From Eledone cirrhosa (Eukaryota), in NCBI GenBank assembly GCA_964016885.1, contig OZ024742.1:55304001-55368000 (forward strand): DNA of 64,000 bases. Direction: 5' to 3'. Numbering within the stretch: the first letter of the stretch is position 1; each line of letters opens with the position of its first letter. Of the stretch, positions 31,992 through 45,215 are shown in pieces. Below the pieces are notes generated by a model. That model saw only the letters and a program-made list of their open reading frames with translations, was not told the DNA's origin and did not search any database. Both the position numbers and the translations under genes were made by a program.

Positions 31992-32541
31992 CGCTCTCAA
32001 TTTGCATGAACATGAACGTACAAACATCTAGAATAAACCATAGCAGCTAGGACAATCGTTGAATTATTACGTTGTTTCTACAGGCCTTACACTTGGCATA
32101 TTTACTTACACTCTAACAACCATCCTTGATACTTACATGCTGAAATTACTTTCTTACCCCTATTAAATATAATAGTTAAGATTTCTCTCTTAACGCCTAA
32201 CCGGCGTGGTACCCACAGGTCAGTCAGTCATCTTACTCCCTCCCCTTTCTTCTACAGGTCAGTTCGAGCAACCCCGCCACTATAAAGGAATTTAACCATG
32301 TAAATGACATCGCAAAATCATTGACCTCTCCCCGTGTCAGACAAGAAAAACAACAAATTTCTAGGATTGTTTGATTTGATAGTTATGCATTTTTTTGTTT
32401 TGACTGCATGCCCATATATGGAATGTACCCTTTGATAAGTTCAGCTGGATTCCAGCCGTCCTAGTACTGCGGGCTTAGTTCGGATATAGCTGTCGAAACA
32501 ACCGGAGCTCAGCTGTCGGGGTTCTGACTCTTTTCCTAAAT

Positions 32542-32583
<42 letters not shown>

Positions 32584-32737
32584 AATGGCGAGCTATGATG
32601 TTGCATCTATTTATGAAAAATGAAGAATTAGAAATAGAAGTTAGGAATATCCATCATCAGCTGTCTACTAGACATAATAATTATTTTTTCGCCTAACTTC
32701 TATTTCCCATTCTTCATTTTATATATATATATATATT

Positions 32738-33070
32738 ATCAAGAAAAAGAAAAATCAGTGATGCATCTGGACTTAGTTTATTTCGTGTTACAAATGTTTC
32801 GCCGGCATGTAGCTCGAGTCATGGTCCTTGTATGGATCTGGCTGATTCTACTTCTGCGGGTTTTTTAAGACACGGCTGTTATTTTCGGAGCAAATTTTAT
32901 CACGTGATAAAACTTGCTCCGGACATAACAGCCGTGTCTGAAAGAATCCGCAGAAGTAGAATCAGCCAGATCCGTACAAGGACCATGACTCGAGCTACAT
33001 GCCGGCGAAACATTTGTTACACGAAATAAACTAAGTCCAGATGCATCACTGACTTTTCTTTTTCTTGATA
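32738..33070. mobile_element. Fold-back PLE-like terminal fragment
   Basis: Arms of about 165 bp meeting at the cacgtg centre (about 32901-32906). Confidence 0.85.
32933..33023 (+). ncRNA. Hammerhead variant with 1-nt core insertion (CTGAAAGA) and 61-nt stem II domain
   Basis: CGTGT-CTGAAAGA-atCCGCA..TGCCGGc-GAAA-CATTTG-TT-ACACG. Confidence 0.65.
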
Positions 33071-33243
33071 ATATCTACACTCTACTCTGATGAATATCGA
33101 GTGCTAATTTTGGCATGCCGCCTACGGAAGCAATATATCTACCACTATACACTAATATATATATAACGAAGGAAATGTGGTAAGGAACCTGGTGGACCAT
33201 AACGCACCAAAGTACTCAATACTTAGGGTAGTAGAGTGGGTAA

Positions 33244-33457
<214 letters not shown>

Positions 33458-34784
33458 AATATATATAAACATACGTGTGTGAATGTTTAATATCTTGTTT
33501 AAAATCGATTAAATATTTGAAAACATGAACTACTAATACTATAAATACTATCCAATGTAACAATAACACCATCGGTTTAACAACGCATTGCAGCATGATA
33601 AATTGATGTGTTTCTATACCGAATATGATTACATAGTTGAATCAATCATGAACGTTCTTCAGTAAAAAAAAAGGAAAATGTTAATAACTACACATAGATT
33701 CGGCGTCTATTGGATATTTTAGTCATGTTTGAACAGATTGTTCTCAAGTTCTAAATATGAAATATGGTGAGAAACTTTGATAGAAAAATCGACTAGTACT
33801 GAGCTCGTATTTTATTTATCGATCTCGAATTGAGGCCATGTTTAACTCAGCTGGATTTGATCTCAGAACACTGAGCTGACAAAATCCTTCGAAATCTGTA
33901 ATCCAATTTTCTACAATGACAAAGATTTGACGCCTTTCTCAGTATAAAGCTTAGGAAACATCGATTAACAAATTACTGCTATTGAATCAGATGCCGGTCT
34001 ATGTCTATTGAACAATTCCGAGATCGGGCCAATACATACGAACTATACGACCGTTCTTGTAAATGTAAATCTTATTACAAAAACAATTCAAATAACATGG
34101 TAGAAAAATTAAAGTAAATGTTCAGTCACCTTTGTTATTATTGAACTATAAATTTGAGACATTTTAGCTGCTCTCCTAAATATCCTGTTCTCAAACGTCA
34201 ACGCTTCTATAGTAATAATAGCACTAGTATTTCGAGTTAATCTTTTCTAAGCTTTCTCCTATATAAGAGAGGCCCGCAACTCATTTTTACAAGGTAGATG
34301 CTTTAAGACAGAATTACTCAAACGTCGATTATGCATGGTACGCCTTAGAACAAGTACAAATAATTTGGTTGAATTAGAATATAAATTCGTAATGTTATTC
34401 AAAAGAAACATAGATAATTAAAACATGTAGAAAAAATATTTCTGCTTCGTCATTAGTCAATAAATGGAGCCACATTATCAATAAGAAACAGGCATCAACA
34501 AGAAACAGGCATTTGGTCTTTTTCGGTAATGTTTAATTTTTTGTGAAAAATGCAAATTCAAATTCGTAATATAATTTAATTCGAATTCCAAATTGCATTT
34601 CGCACATTCTTTAAATATAAACTTACACTTTTTATTAATGTACATAATTAATGTTCATAATAGTTTGTTATATCGGTAGGTAACATTGACATATATATAT
34701 ATGGGGAGGGGTTTACATACAAGACCCTTAATCCACCTCAGCTACCGGGATATTGTTTTACTTTTATTATTACTTTTCAAATGC

Positions 34785-34892
34785 CGCCAAGGTTAACTTT
34801 ACCTTTCATCCTTACGGGGTCGATAAAATAAAGTACCAGTAATGCACTGGGTAATTGCTAGCCATGTGCCAAAAAGTAGAAACAATTATTAC
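34785..34892 (+). mobile_element. Nin/Deu-like SINE fragment
   Basis: Shared core aggttaacttt.cctttcatccttacggggtcgataaaataaagtaccagt. Confidence 0.75.
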
Positions 34893-36154
34893 TTTCCCTT
34901 TTGGGGTGACGTTTACTGAATCGTTTTCTGTGAAAAATGCATTTTTCAATGCAAATATAAATCTGAAAATGTTTGAGCATTCCACATAGACTTCTACTCT
35001 TAATGTAGTTCTCAGCTAGATTCAGCAAGATATGTGACAAGGATGGCCGTTTGAATTACGGGTATAGTCCATTGGAAAGTGTTTCCGTACAGTTTCCAAC
35101 CACTTCAATTCACTTACAAGGCAGGGGTCGACAAGCCCAAGGTACTACGTAGTAGTATCGATTTCGATATCTGATGGCTGCAAGGCGATCTCTTTAACAA
35201 TACGGCCATGGAATATCTCGTACAGAAACATGCGTTTCTGAAGATCATCTTACCTAGCTGTCCACATCCAGGACAACTTTATATTGGTGTATTTCATAAT
35301 TCTTTTGTTATTATAGTGGGATTACATGCTCCGATATAAATCGCAAAATTCGCCACGTGCATCGTATGAGCAGAATTTTATTTCAAAGTTCTTAGTTTAC
35401 TTGTATTTACGCCTCTCCACTTTAAGCTAATTAACGACTTAATATTGATATATGTAATTGTTGAGTTATTTTTATTGAACTGTCTGGGTAATCCATTTTC
35501 ATAACCAAATAATTCTCGAACAACTAGAAATATATATTCACCTACATAATATAGTGTTACGCGTTTGCACGTTTTATATTGACTTGTTCTAATTCCATCC
35601 CCAAACAATCGATTTTACTGTGTAAATGTTTCGTAAGTGCATATTCGATTTTTCTTTCATTTCCCATATACTAACATTGCCCTGTATATACAAACAATTT
35701 ATAAAACATTCGCTGATGAAGTTTTCCAGTACATATTAATTTATATTAAAGCCGCAAAAATGTCAAACTTTCTCTTTTAGTTATGTTCTCTCTATATAAT
35801 ACATTTTTCATGGTTCATTTCTTGTTTCCAAAATTTCTATTATCTATAATTCGCAAGGTTGTTTCTCTTCAAGACATGCTGTTCAGGATTTTAATCTATA
35901 AATACCAAGGACAGAAATATCAATAAGGACAGTTTAATTTAATTGTAGAAATATTCTAATATACGAACTTAAATACTAGTGATGTAACTATTTTCCGTTA
36001 GAAAACAATCTTATCTGTATGAGAAAAAGGCAGAAATAAAAATAAAGAATATATATATATATATATACATATATACAATTCAAATACACACACACTTACA
36101 CGAACACACACAATGGAAATATGTATATATGTGTATATATACATATATATATAA

Positions 36155-36345
36155 TGATATTAAATAAATGGAAACTATATTTATAAAACCATATTTATTC
36201 TATTATATATATTTCAAGGGTACCAAAACTTTGGTACGCTCTCATCAGATAAAATACAAATTTTGTTTTATAAATTTTGACATAACCAAGAAAAGATACC
36301 TTAACGGTCAAGTTTTGAATTACCAATAAATTGAATATCGCTTTT
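36155..36345 (-). mobile_element. Short 3'-terminal fragment of a family-B-related PLE
   Basis: gatattaaataaatggaaactatatttataaaaccatatttatt is shared with the family B terminus; TA flanks. Confidence 0.8.
36196..36256 (-). ncRNA. Type I hammerhead ribozyme
   Basis: TATTTTAT-CTGATGA-gagcGTACCAAagttTTGGTACcctt-GAAA-TATATA-TA-ATAGAATA. Confidence 0.85.
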
Positions 36346-36410
36346 GCTTATATATATATATATGTATATATATATCAAAATGAAAATCCGAAGACAAGGT
36401 AAAATTCCAA

Positions 36411-36484
36411 TCACGACACATGTTTCAATAAGAGATAGATCGATTGTGAAGCCATGATCGATTATCACTGATCTCATCAGGGGA
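36411..36484 (-). ncRNA. Hammerhead (inverted arm copy)
   Basis: Reverse complement of 36585-36658, cores intact, one stem I mismatch. Confidence 0.75.
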
Positions 36485-36584
36485 AAATGAATTGTCTTGA
36501 AATTCTTGATATGAGGGAGGAAAATAACAATGTTCTCTCATAGAATTCATTCCCTCATATGGAGAATTTGAAGACAATTCAATT

Positions 36585-36658
36585 TCACCTGATGAGATCA
36601 GTGATAATCGATCATGGCTTCATAATCGATATAGCTCTTATTGAAACATGTGTCGTGA
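36585..36658 (+). ncRNA. Type I hammerhead, GUC site, 47-nt stem II domain
   Basis: TCAC-CTGATGA-gatcag..ATCGAT..ATCGAT..cttatt-GAAA-CATGTG-TC-GTGA. Confidence 0.82.
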
Positions 36659-36844
36659 TTAAATGATTGGAATTTTACCTTGTCTTCAGATTATCATTTT
36701 GATACTTATACTCCGTTTTACATCATCTAGCTGTTCCCTTGAAAGGAATTGGAGATATAAAAAAGCGTGGAGAACTTAATATTGCTAACAAAGTTATTGG
36801 AACATTTTACACAACCAATAATGCACCTTACTATATAACAATAC

Positions 36845-36953
<109 letters not shown>

Positions 36954-37379
36954 AACAAAATTTAATTTGTTTTCGCTCGGATACCAAAGAGTAGTCGTGA
37001 GTGAATACAATAATATTATTAATATTCGTTCTTTTTTTTTACAAGTTAACAGCCTCATAAAACACCACGCACATAAGGCTAACCAGTCGATGTATACATT
37101 CATGAATACTGTGTATTCTCACCAGTTTCAGATGGTAGCCTACAAACAGAATACTCAATATTGACAAGGAGTAAGTTTCCGTCTTGTCCGTGGGACGCAG
37201 CACTTCTGCCCTCTTACCCTAGTCCCAAAGCCCAATCACCCCCCCCCCTCTTTCTTCTACCACAACAGAGCGCTTGCCATCCCGTTCTTTTTCTTCTTTC
37301 TTTCTCTCTTTTTTCTCTATATTTCCCTATTCTTTCTTTCATTTTGTTTACCTTTTTTATTATTGCTGTCATTATAGTT

Positions 37380-38025
37380 GCCGGTTAACTTTGCCTTTCA
37401 TCCTTACGGGGTCGATAAAATAAAGTACCAGTAATACACTGGTTTAATTGCTGGCCTTGTATCAAAAGTAGAAACAATTATTATTATTATCATTGCCCCA
37501 CCGAGGTTAACTTTGCCTCTCATCCTTACGGGGTTGATAAAATAAAGTACCAGTAATATACTGGGCTAATTGCTGGCCTTGTGGCAAAAGTAGAAATAAT
37601 GATTATTATTGTCATTAGGGAGGAGGATTGGCAGAATCGGTAAAGCATTGGACACTTGACCTTCTGAGTTCAAATCCCGCCGAGGTTAACTTTGCCTTTC
37701 ATCCTTAAGGGGTCGATAAAATAAAGTACCGGTAATGCACTTAGGCCGATTTAATCGACTTTCCCCTCCCCCAAAATTGGTGGCCTCGTGCCTATATAAG
37801 AAAGCATTATTATTATTACTAACTAGATGGATTGGCAGTATCGCTAGAGACTCGTACACCATGCTTTGCAGCATAGAGTTACGGCCCTTTACGGTCTGAG
37901 TTCGAATCCCGCCGAGGTTAACTTTGATTTTCATCCTTACGGAGTCGATAAAATAAAGCACCAGTAACGTACTGGGTTCGATTTCATCGACTTTCCTCTC
38001 CCCAAAAGAAGAAATCATTATTATT
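37380..38025 (+). mobile_element. Head-to-tail cluster of four Nin/Deu-like SINE copies with (ATT)n tails
   Basis: Core repeated at about 37384, 37501, 37677 and 37908; the last two have tRNA-like heads (tggcagaatcgg..gagttcaaatccc). Confidence 0.85.
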
Positions 38026-38195
38026 ATTGTTACTGTAAATAATAATCATTATCGATTGTTTTCCCTCAGCAACCGCTGGAACAGAAAGATGACGTGGTCA
38101 TCTCTACCGCGTGGGTTTTATGAGCCTGTTTACTTGTAAACAAACCAAATATTAATAATAATATGATATCATTATGATATTATATATATATATAT

Positions 38196-38362
38196 GTCCC
38201 AAGGCTCTGATACCATCAACACCATAAACACAGAGATGGCATATCTAAGAACTGACTAACTGCCTGATGAGGTCATAGCCATTCAATGGTTATCATCGAA
38301 ATATATATATAGCAGTAAATAAAGGATTATGAGTTCATGCAATTGACTCATGTTTCGTCACT
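38196..38362 (+). mobile_element. Short TA-flanked HHR-bearing insertion
   Basis: About 165 bp between TA tracts. Confidence 0.7.
38259..38316 (+). ncRNA. Type I hammerhead ribozyme, canonical
   Basis: ACTGC-CTGATGA-GGTcATAGCCAttcaaTGGTTATcATC-GAAA-TATATATA-TA-GCAGT. Confidence 0.9.
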
Positions 38363-38544
38363 ATATATATACATATAAGGAAAAAAGATGAAATCGAAAA
38401 TGCAACTGGATCTTTTTTTTTTTAATATATATTTATTTGGTTCCTTTACCGGTTTCCCAGTTCTTCTGCTTTTCAAAAGTAAAATTGAGATGGAATATAT
38501 ATATATATATTGGAACATGTGTGAGATCCTTGGTATAGTTAGGT

Positions 38545-38730
38545 ATATTTGGAAAAAAAGTAAAATAATGACTTCACTTGTAGTTCTAAATAATGTGATT
38601 TAACTTTATAATATTATAATATTAAGAGTTGTTAGATCTAGTTCTACCAAATCTTAATATTATAATATAAAATTAAATCAAATTATTTACAGCTACAGGT
38701 GAAGTCATTATTTTCCTTTTTTACAAATAT
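38545..38730. repeat. Diverged fold-back repeat
   Basis: aaaataatgacttcac..tag / cta..gtgaagtcattatttt arms. Confidence 0.75.
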
Positions 38731-39049
38731 ATATATATATATATATAATTATTTTGTAGATGGTGGTGCTTCGTTTTCAGGAATAATAAGTACGAAAATA
38801 TATAGTTGAACCAATTAATTTAAACATTTCAAAAAAACCTGTCTTCTAACCCATTTAAATTTATATATATAATTTACAAAACCTATCACATAACTTAGGA
38901 AACAAAAAATAATTAGACGTTAATCCTACGGACACGCAGACTCCACTATTTTTACATTAAATGCATGTAGGTATGTATGAACAGTATATGTTGTTTTGTG
39001 TGTGAATGTGTATGTGTAGATGGGTTGTGTGAAAATTTCATTACATTTA

Positions 39050-39225
39050 TAGTATCGGTAAAGGGTTGGACGCCATGCTTTCTAGCATAGTTACGTCCCT
39101 TTACAGTCTGAATTCAAATCCCGCCGAAGTTAACTTTGCCTTTCATCCTTACGGGTTTGATAAAATAAAGTACCAGTAATGTACTGGTTAATTGCTGGCC
39201 TTGTGCCTAAAGTAGAAACAATTAC
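39050..39225 (+). mobile_element. Nin/Deu-like SINE
   Basis: B-box-like gaattcaaatccc followed by the shared core. Confidence 0.75.
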
Positions 39226-40204
39226 ATTTATATGCACATAATATATATATAAATACATACATGTATATATATATACATATATATATATATATAACATGTG
39301 GAGTGTAAAGGTGATGCATCTGTGTATATATATATTATATACATATATGTATGTGTGTGTGTTGCTAACATATATGAACAGATATATTTGATGTAGTGAC
39401 TTTCATTAGAATAAAGTCAGAAAGGAAACAGCAAGTGGACAGTTCTTGGACTTCGTGGATTTGGAAGATTGAAAAGAGTCAAAGAAATATAACGTACAAA
39501 CACTCAAAAATGAAATAGAAAAATAACACAAATCATTAGCAGAAAGTTTTGCAGTTGAAGTTCAATCAATTTGTGGAGAATCCTATCTCATAAAAGTTTC
39601 CAAGCTACAATCACTACTGTGACATGTCTGACAGCTGACTAATTTATTTATTTATTATAATTGCTTCATTTATTTACTATTGATCTCAAAAGTAATTTCA
39701 AAATCTTGCCATCGCCCTTCCTAAAACTCCGTTTTTAAAATAATGACCAGCATGTCACACACAAAATTGATTTTTATATTTACTCATGCAAATGTACATA
39801 AATGTGAATAAAAAATAAAAAAACATTGATGATATGAAGTTTGACATTCCTGCTATTCTGCCATACACACTCAAAATAATGGGATGAAGAATATATAAAC
39901 AGAGAAAAGCAAAACAGAAAAATACATAATGTACCATTTTCTGTGGAAAATATACGTTATTATAAATATATAAAATTATTTCTGTGACACCAATATGGAG
40001 ATATTGCACATTCGTGGTGCAAGTGTCACGGAAATACGTATAAAATATATGATAATGTACGTGCGTCTTAACGTTTATTTCATATATATGTAGGATGTTT
40101 TGGGTAACGTTACTCGATAGAGTGCGTAGCTCGGATAATATCAGAGAGTTACTCCAGGTAGAGTCGTTATTTCTCCGAATTGAGAAATCAAAGCTCTGAT
40201 AATA

Positions 40205-40480
40205 TCGACATGTGGTTAAAATGTCTCAGGAAAGAATGGCTGGACGGATATTGCGGGCAAAACATACCGACAGCATATCCAGGGGCAGACACCGGGAAGA
40301 TATCTGAATAACATCCTCCAGCTTGGCTTGTCTTGCTTGGGGATCTAACCGGATTATTTGGAAACAGTTGCTATTGACAGGACCCGCTGGAAGAGGTGTT
40401 TGAGGAATCTGCCCACACCCACCTCTCAGGAAGAAGAAGAAGAAGAAGAAGAAGCAGAAGAAGAAGAAAAAGAAGAAGAC
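40205..40480 (+). mobile_element. 3' end of an RTE-like LINE with (GAA)n tail
   Basis: HVVKMSQERMAGRILRAK..SRGRH followed by a GAA repeat. Confidence 0.65.
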
Positions 40481-40716
40481 AGCGTTGAGCGTAATAGCTG
40501 GGACTATAGAAGCACATACTATATACAATAATAAATATAGAGGTGCTTTGCTATTAAAAAATGTATTTTCACTAGTAAAAATTATTTTTCTCTCTTTGAC
40601 TCTGTGAATACATCACTTTATGTCAGTCACAGTCGAGAATGCCAGACAGCGCTGCTTCAAAATTCATTAATCTATTATCAATGACTTTCACTCAAATGGT
40701 GCTGATATGGAGACAG

Positions 40717-40777
<61 letters not shown>

Positions 40778-41674
40778 TATAATATATTATATATGTGTGT
40801 GGTGTTTGTGTGTGTGAGTATGTATGTGTGTTTGTGTGTAGATTGTTACTCAGATTAGCCACTCATAATCACTATTTAAAGACCCTCCTAAACTGTAGCG
40901 TTTTTCAGTCTTGATGTTTATTTCACCAAAAGACGCTCCAGATTCGAAGTTTTGTTACTGTGGGTGACTTTTTTAATCTATCCTTATCTCCACTCTCACT
41001 TGCTAAATATCTTAAATAGATAATGTACGAATAGATTAAGCATTTAGGGAAAATACATATGGCATATTCCCCACCATAAGCCTTCAGGTTAGGTGCTTCA
41101 GGATAAATGTTGGACTGAGTTTACGTTATTGTAGAAAGTTTCTTCACAATTCACACCAGTTATTGCACCTGCTATAACGTATGAGAATGGTATAACAAAT
41201 GTGACGAATTTAAGTACATATAATCAGAATGATGGCATACTACGTTTACACTTGATTCTTCCTAATTTTTTTTATCATGTAAGCCCCATAATGCATGCTG
41301 GCGTGTTGAAATCCACTCCATGAGATGAAGTCTTCCTATTCATAGCAGTATTTCCGTGAGAAATAATAGAATTACCAATATATAATTTCCATACGCGTAA
41401 TTAATTAATTTCTGCTACACATGAATACGATTGTAGCTACTGATTTCCTGTGACTGATTTGCTCCCTCTAGCATATTTGTAAAAACAGTTGACTGCAGCA
41501 GAAAATTAACTATAATGAGGAGAAAATTAATTAACGAAATGGTTAGTCATTTTATCAGAGCTCTACAATTTGTTTTAATTAAACTAGGTGTTTTATTGAT
41601 GTATCAAGAACACGTATCTAATTGCAAATAGATGCTTATGCTTATGTGTGTTACTGTACGAGTGAAGGGATAAT

Positions 41675-41747
<73 letters not shown>

Positions 41748-41754
41748 TATATTT

Positions 41755-41808
<54 letters not shown>

Positions 41809-41885
41809 TTTAGTACAGCATTGACGAAGCTTTAGAATACGACCAAACTAGCGCATATGCATCCTGCTGCTAGTATATACATATA

Positions 41886-41914
41886 CTAGCAGCAGGACCC
41901 GGCGTTACACGGGG
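41886..41914 (-). mobile_element. Helitron-like 3' terminus
   Basis: Minus strand CCCGtgtaacgcCGGG hairpin 8 nt before CTAG|T; locally duplicated in inverted form at 41862-41878. Confidence 0.5.
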
Positions 41915-42024
41915 AAGGAAACGTGAAATAGCAACACACATATGTAATAATTGAGGAATGTAGCTGTGTACTAAACGTAGAACAGCAGCAGCCCCGAATC
42001 GTGAAACATCTGCATGCAAAATAT

Positions 42025-42325
42025 ATATATATAAAATATAAAGGATTCTTTAATTTAAGATATAGGAATCTTATAAAATCAGAGAAGGAAAATTATGTTA
42101 TATAGTTATATCAATGTTAAATACATAAATACATAACAGGTTATCTTATAAAACGTATATTAAAAAAAATTATGTTTAATAACATAAAGTGTGTATAACA
42201 TAACATTTCCTTTAATATCTTAACAATTGTAACATTGATATAACTATATAACATCATTTTCCTTCTCTGATTTTATAAGATTGCTATATCCTAAATTAAA
42301 GAATCCTTTATATTTTATATATATA
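42025..42325. repeat. TA-flanked fold-back
   Basis: Arms about 42025-42119 and 42230-42325. Confidence 0.8.
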
Positions 42326-42339
42326 TATTATATACGTAG

Positions 42340-42790
42340 TTAGATATATATACATATTTTTATAAGTGTGTATACATATTTATATGTATGTATTTTTGCG
42401 TGTGTATACGTGTTATATAATATATGGATCTTTAACAATATAATAATATATAGATTTCTTAATATATAGATCCCAATTTTTAATATATTGATCTCAATAT
42501 TTAACTGATTAACTAAACATCTAATCATATTGAAACAATGGTTAATTTCTCATATTATATATGTATATTCCATTCATGATTATTAACATTTCTAATTTTA
42601 TTTATTCATTTCATCTCAATTGTTAAGATAACTCAACAAGATATGACTTAGAGTTTTTCGTTCTCTCTCTTTTCTCTGTCTCCACTCTCTCTCTATCTTT
42701 CTCTCTCTGTTGTTCTGCTCTTTCTCTCTCTTTCCTTCTCTATCTTTCTCTTTCTCCGTAACCCAACGGCTTATTTAAAAAATATCCAAT
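42340..42790 (+). mobile_element. Diverged fragment of the family-B pLTR/3' UTR
   Basis: Reverse complement resembles about 19540-20040 (aacaattgagatgaaatgaataaataaaattagaa). Confidence 0.8.
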
Positions 42791-42880
42791 ACTAATAATA
42801 TAATTAAAGCTACAACTGCTTTTATAAATAGAGACCTACCCATGAAAATCATACCTTATCGGTTGGAAATTCACTGGATA

Positions 42881-42917
<37 letters not shown>

Positions 42918-43799
42918 TATAGATATATACACCTCACTTCTTTTCTCTTTATTTCATTTCATTTGTTTATGAAATATCTTAATACATCTTGTAGTATATT
43001 TGGGAAATAGCTATAGATCTATGGACATCTGATCCTGTGTTTAATAGACCTACTGATGCATGATACTACTGAAGGTGGATTAAGAACATCTGTAAATCTG
43101 TGCAAATTTTAGTATTTTTACCCTCAGAGTAAAAAAAATACACCACTCGCCATGAAACCCATTAGTCCATCTTACTCATTAGTCCATCCAGTCAGAAGAA
43201 ACAATGACTTGTCCTGATAAAATTCATATAATGTAAAGTATTTGAACTGTGTTTTGTATTTATTCAGTGTGTCCATATACAAAGTACTTAAGTATTTTCC
43301 TCTCTGCATGATATAGAACAAAGGTTCTCAACGGGGGGCATATGCACCCCCCGGGGCGTTTCGGAACTCGAGGGGGGCGTTTGTGAGCAAGGGGTGTGTG
43401 GGGGAGCTTGGGGGGGGGGGGGGGGGGGGGGGCAGTGGAAGGCTCTTTACTTTGGTAAGTTTTATAAGCCATATTTGTATGTCTTTTAGACAGCCAGTGT
43501 GAATGCATTTGAATGAGCATGCAGATAGCATAACTATGGTCTGACCGCAGCTGTGAGCAGGTGTGCAGGTGTGTCTAGACATTAACCGGCAATTGATATC
43601 CTAACAATGGAAAACCCACAGTCAACTGGGTCATGGACACTTCGAGCGCAGCCAGTTAGAATCTTGTCTTTCCTTCATCGATAACAATGTATTTCATGTC
43701 TGAAATTATTGACTCAACCGTAACGAGTTAACACTATGTAGATCTATTTTATTCCCAATTGGATAAATAATAATACAAACAAAAAAAAGAAAAAAAACA

Positions 43800-44160
43800 G
43801 AAGCGGGTAGCACACACATCTAGGACCAAATACAACACATAAGCAGGTAATACACACATCTAGGGCCACATGCAACACATAAGGAGGTAGCACACACATC
43901 TAGGACCACATACAACACACAAGCAAGTAATACACACATTTAGGACCACATACAACACATAAGCAGGTAATACATACATCTAGGACCACATACAACACAT
44001 AAGGAGGTAATACAAACATCTAGGACCACATACAACACACAAGCAGGTAATACGTACAGCTGGGACCACATGCAATACTTAAGCAGGTAATACAAACATC
44101 TAGGACTACATACAACACACAGGCAGATAATAAATTCATTTAGGACTAAATACAACACAC
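43800..44160. repeat. 40-bp minisatellite, about 9 copies, inside the hAT
   Basis: Unit aagcaggtaatacacacatctaggaccacatacaacacat. Confidence 0.92.
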
Positions 44161-44164
44161 ATTG

Positions 44165-45215
44165 TATCATGTGCTGCGGACGACGCAAGAGCAATGGTCG
44201 GCCAACATAAGGGTTTCGTCACTCTTCTGAAGAGAGAAAATCTATCTGTATTTGTTGTTCATTGTGTCATTCATCGACAAGACTTGGCTGCGAAGAAACT
44301 CAGCAAGCCACTGAGCAAGTCCTAGAAGGTGGCCATTGATGTCATACATTTTATCAAACGGCATTCCCTCAATGAACGAATTTTCCGGCAACTCTGCCAA
44401 GATAATGACGAAGAATTCGTCAAGTTGCTCCTTCATAATGTAGTGAGGTGGCTTTCAAAGGGCAAGTGCCTTACTCACTTCTTTGAACTGTTCGACTCTA
44501 TCATTGAGTTTCTGCGAGGACGCAACACAGAACTGTACAAGAAAACCCTCGATGTGAGGCAAAAGTGCGCCTACCTCACCGACATCTTCGACAAATGCAA
44601 TAGCGGCATTTTGGCATTGCAGGGGAGAATATCACATTGCTTAAAGCAAGGAATGTTGTGAAAACATTCCTGGCCAAATTGAATGTCATCGAAACGAATC
44701 TTTGTTGACGGGAATTCTATAATGTTCCTAGTGTCGCCAATGTTCAAAACATTGTAAGCAATGACCAACTCCAAATTTATACCGCTCATCTCCGTGCCCT
44801 ACAAGACAACATGAGAAAACGGTTTGTCGACCTTTTGCTGATGGACATCCTAATGTGGGTAGCAGATCCCTTCATAGCTAACGTCAATGATTTGGACGTT
44901 ATATTTCAGGAAGAATTCATTGAACTTTAAGCAGATGACATGATCAAAATTAGATTTCCCAAAATAGGTGAACCCCTTTTTTGGATGCAAGAGGAAATTC
45001 AGCGTCAATTTCCACACCTTCATGCATAGGCTAGAGATTTGCTCTGCCTTTTCCAAGCTCATACTTAGTCAACAGGAGGTCTGGTGCTGTTTTCAGACTG
45101 CACAATAAGGCTCGCAACCGCTACAATGTAATTACATGTGGAGATATCCGGCTACATCTTACGAAAATCCAGCCTGAGGTCAAAGAGTTAGCTAAACTCC
45201 ATAAAGTTCAATTGA
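44165..45215 (+). pseudogene. Decayed hAT transposase (catalytic and dimerisation regions)
   Basis: HCVIHRQDLAAK, LLLHNVVRWLSKGKCL, AYLTDIF..LQG, FPSSYL, GDIRLHLTKIQP. Confidence 0.88.

Larger units (their letters stand above)
36375..36704. mobile_element. Fold-back PLE terminal fragment with HHR in both arms
   Basis: Arms about 36373-36506 and 36563-36704. Confidence 0.85.

Noticed and set aside
33078-33238. CTGATGA with a distant 9-bp complement
   Set aside because: Better explained as a decayed inverted repeat; no GAAA-stem III junction
43800-44160. CRISPR-like regular array
   Set aside because: Contiguous 40-bp units without unique spacers; eukaryotic context; no cas genes
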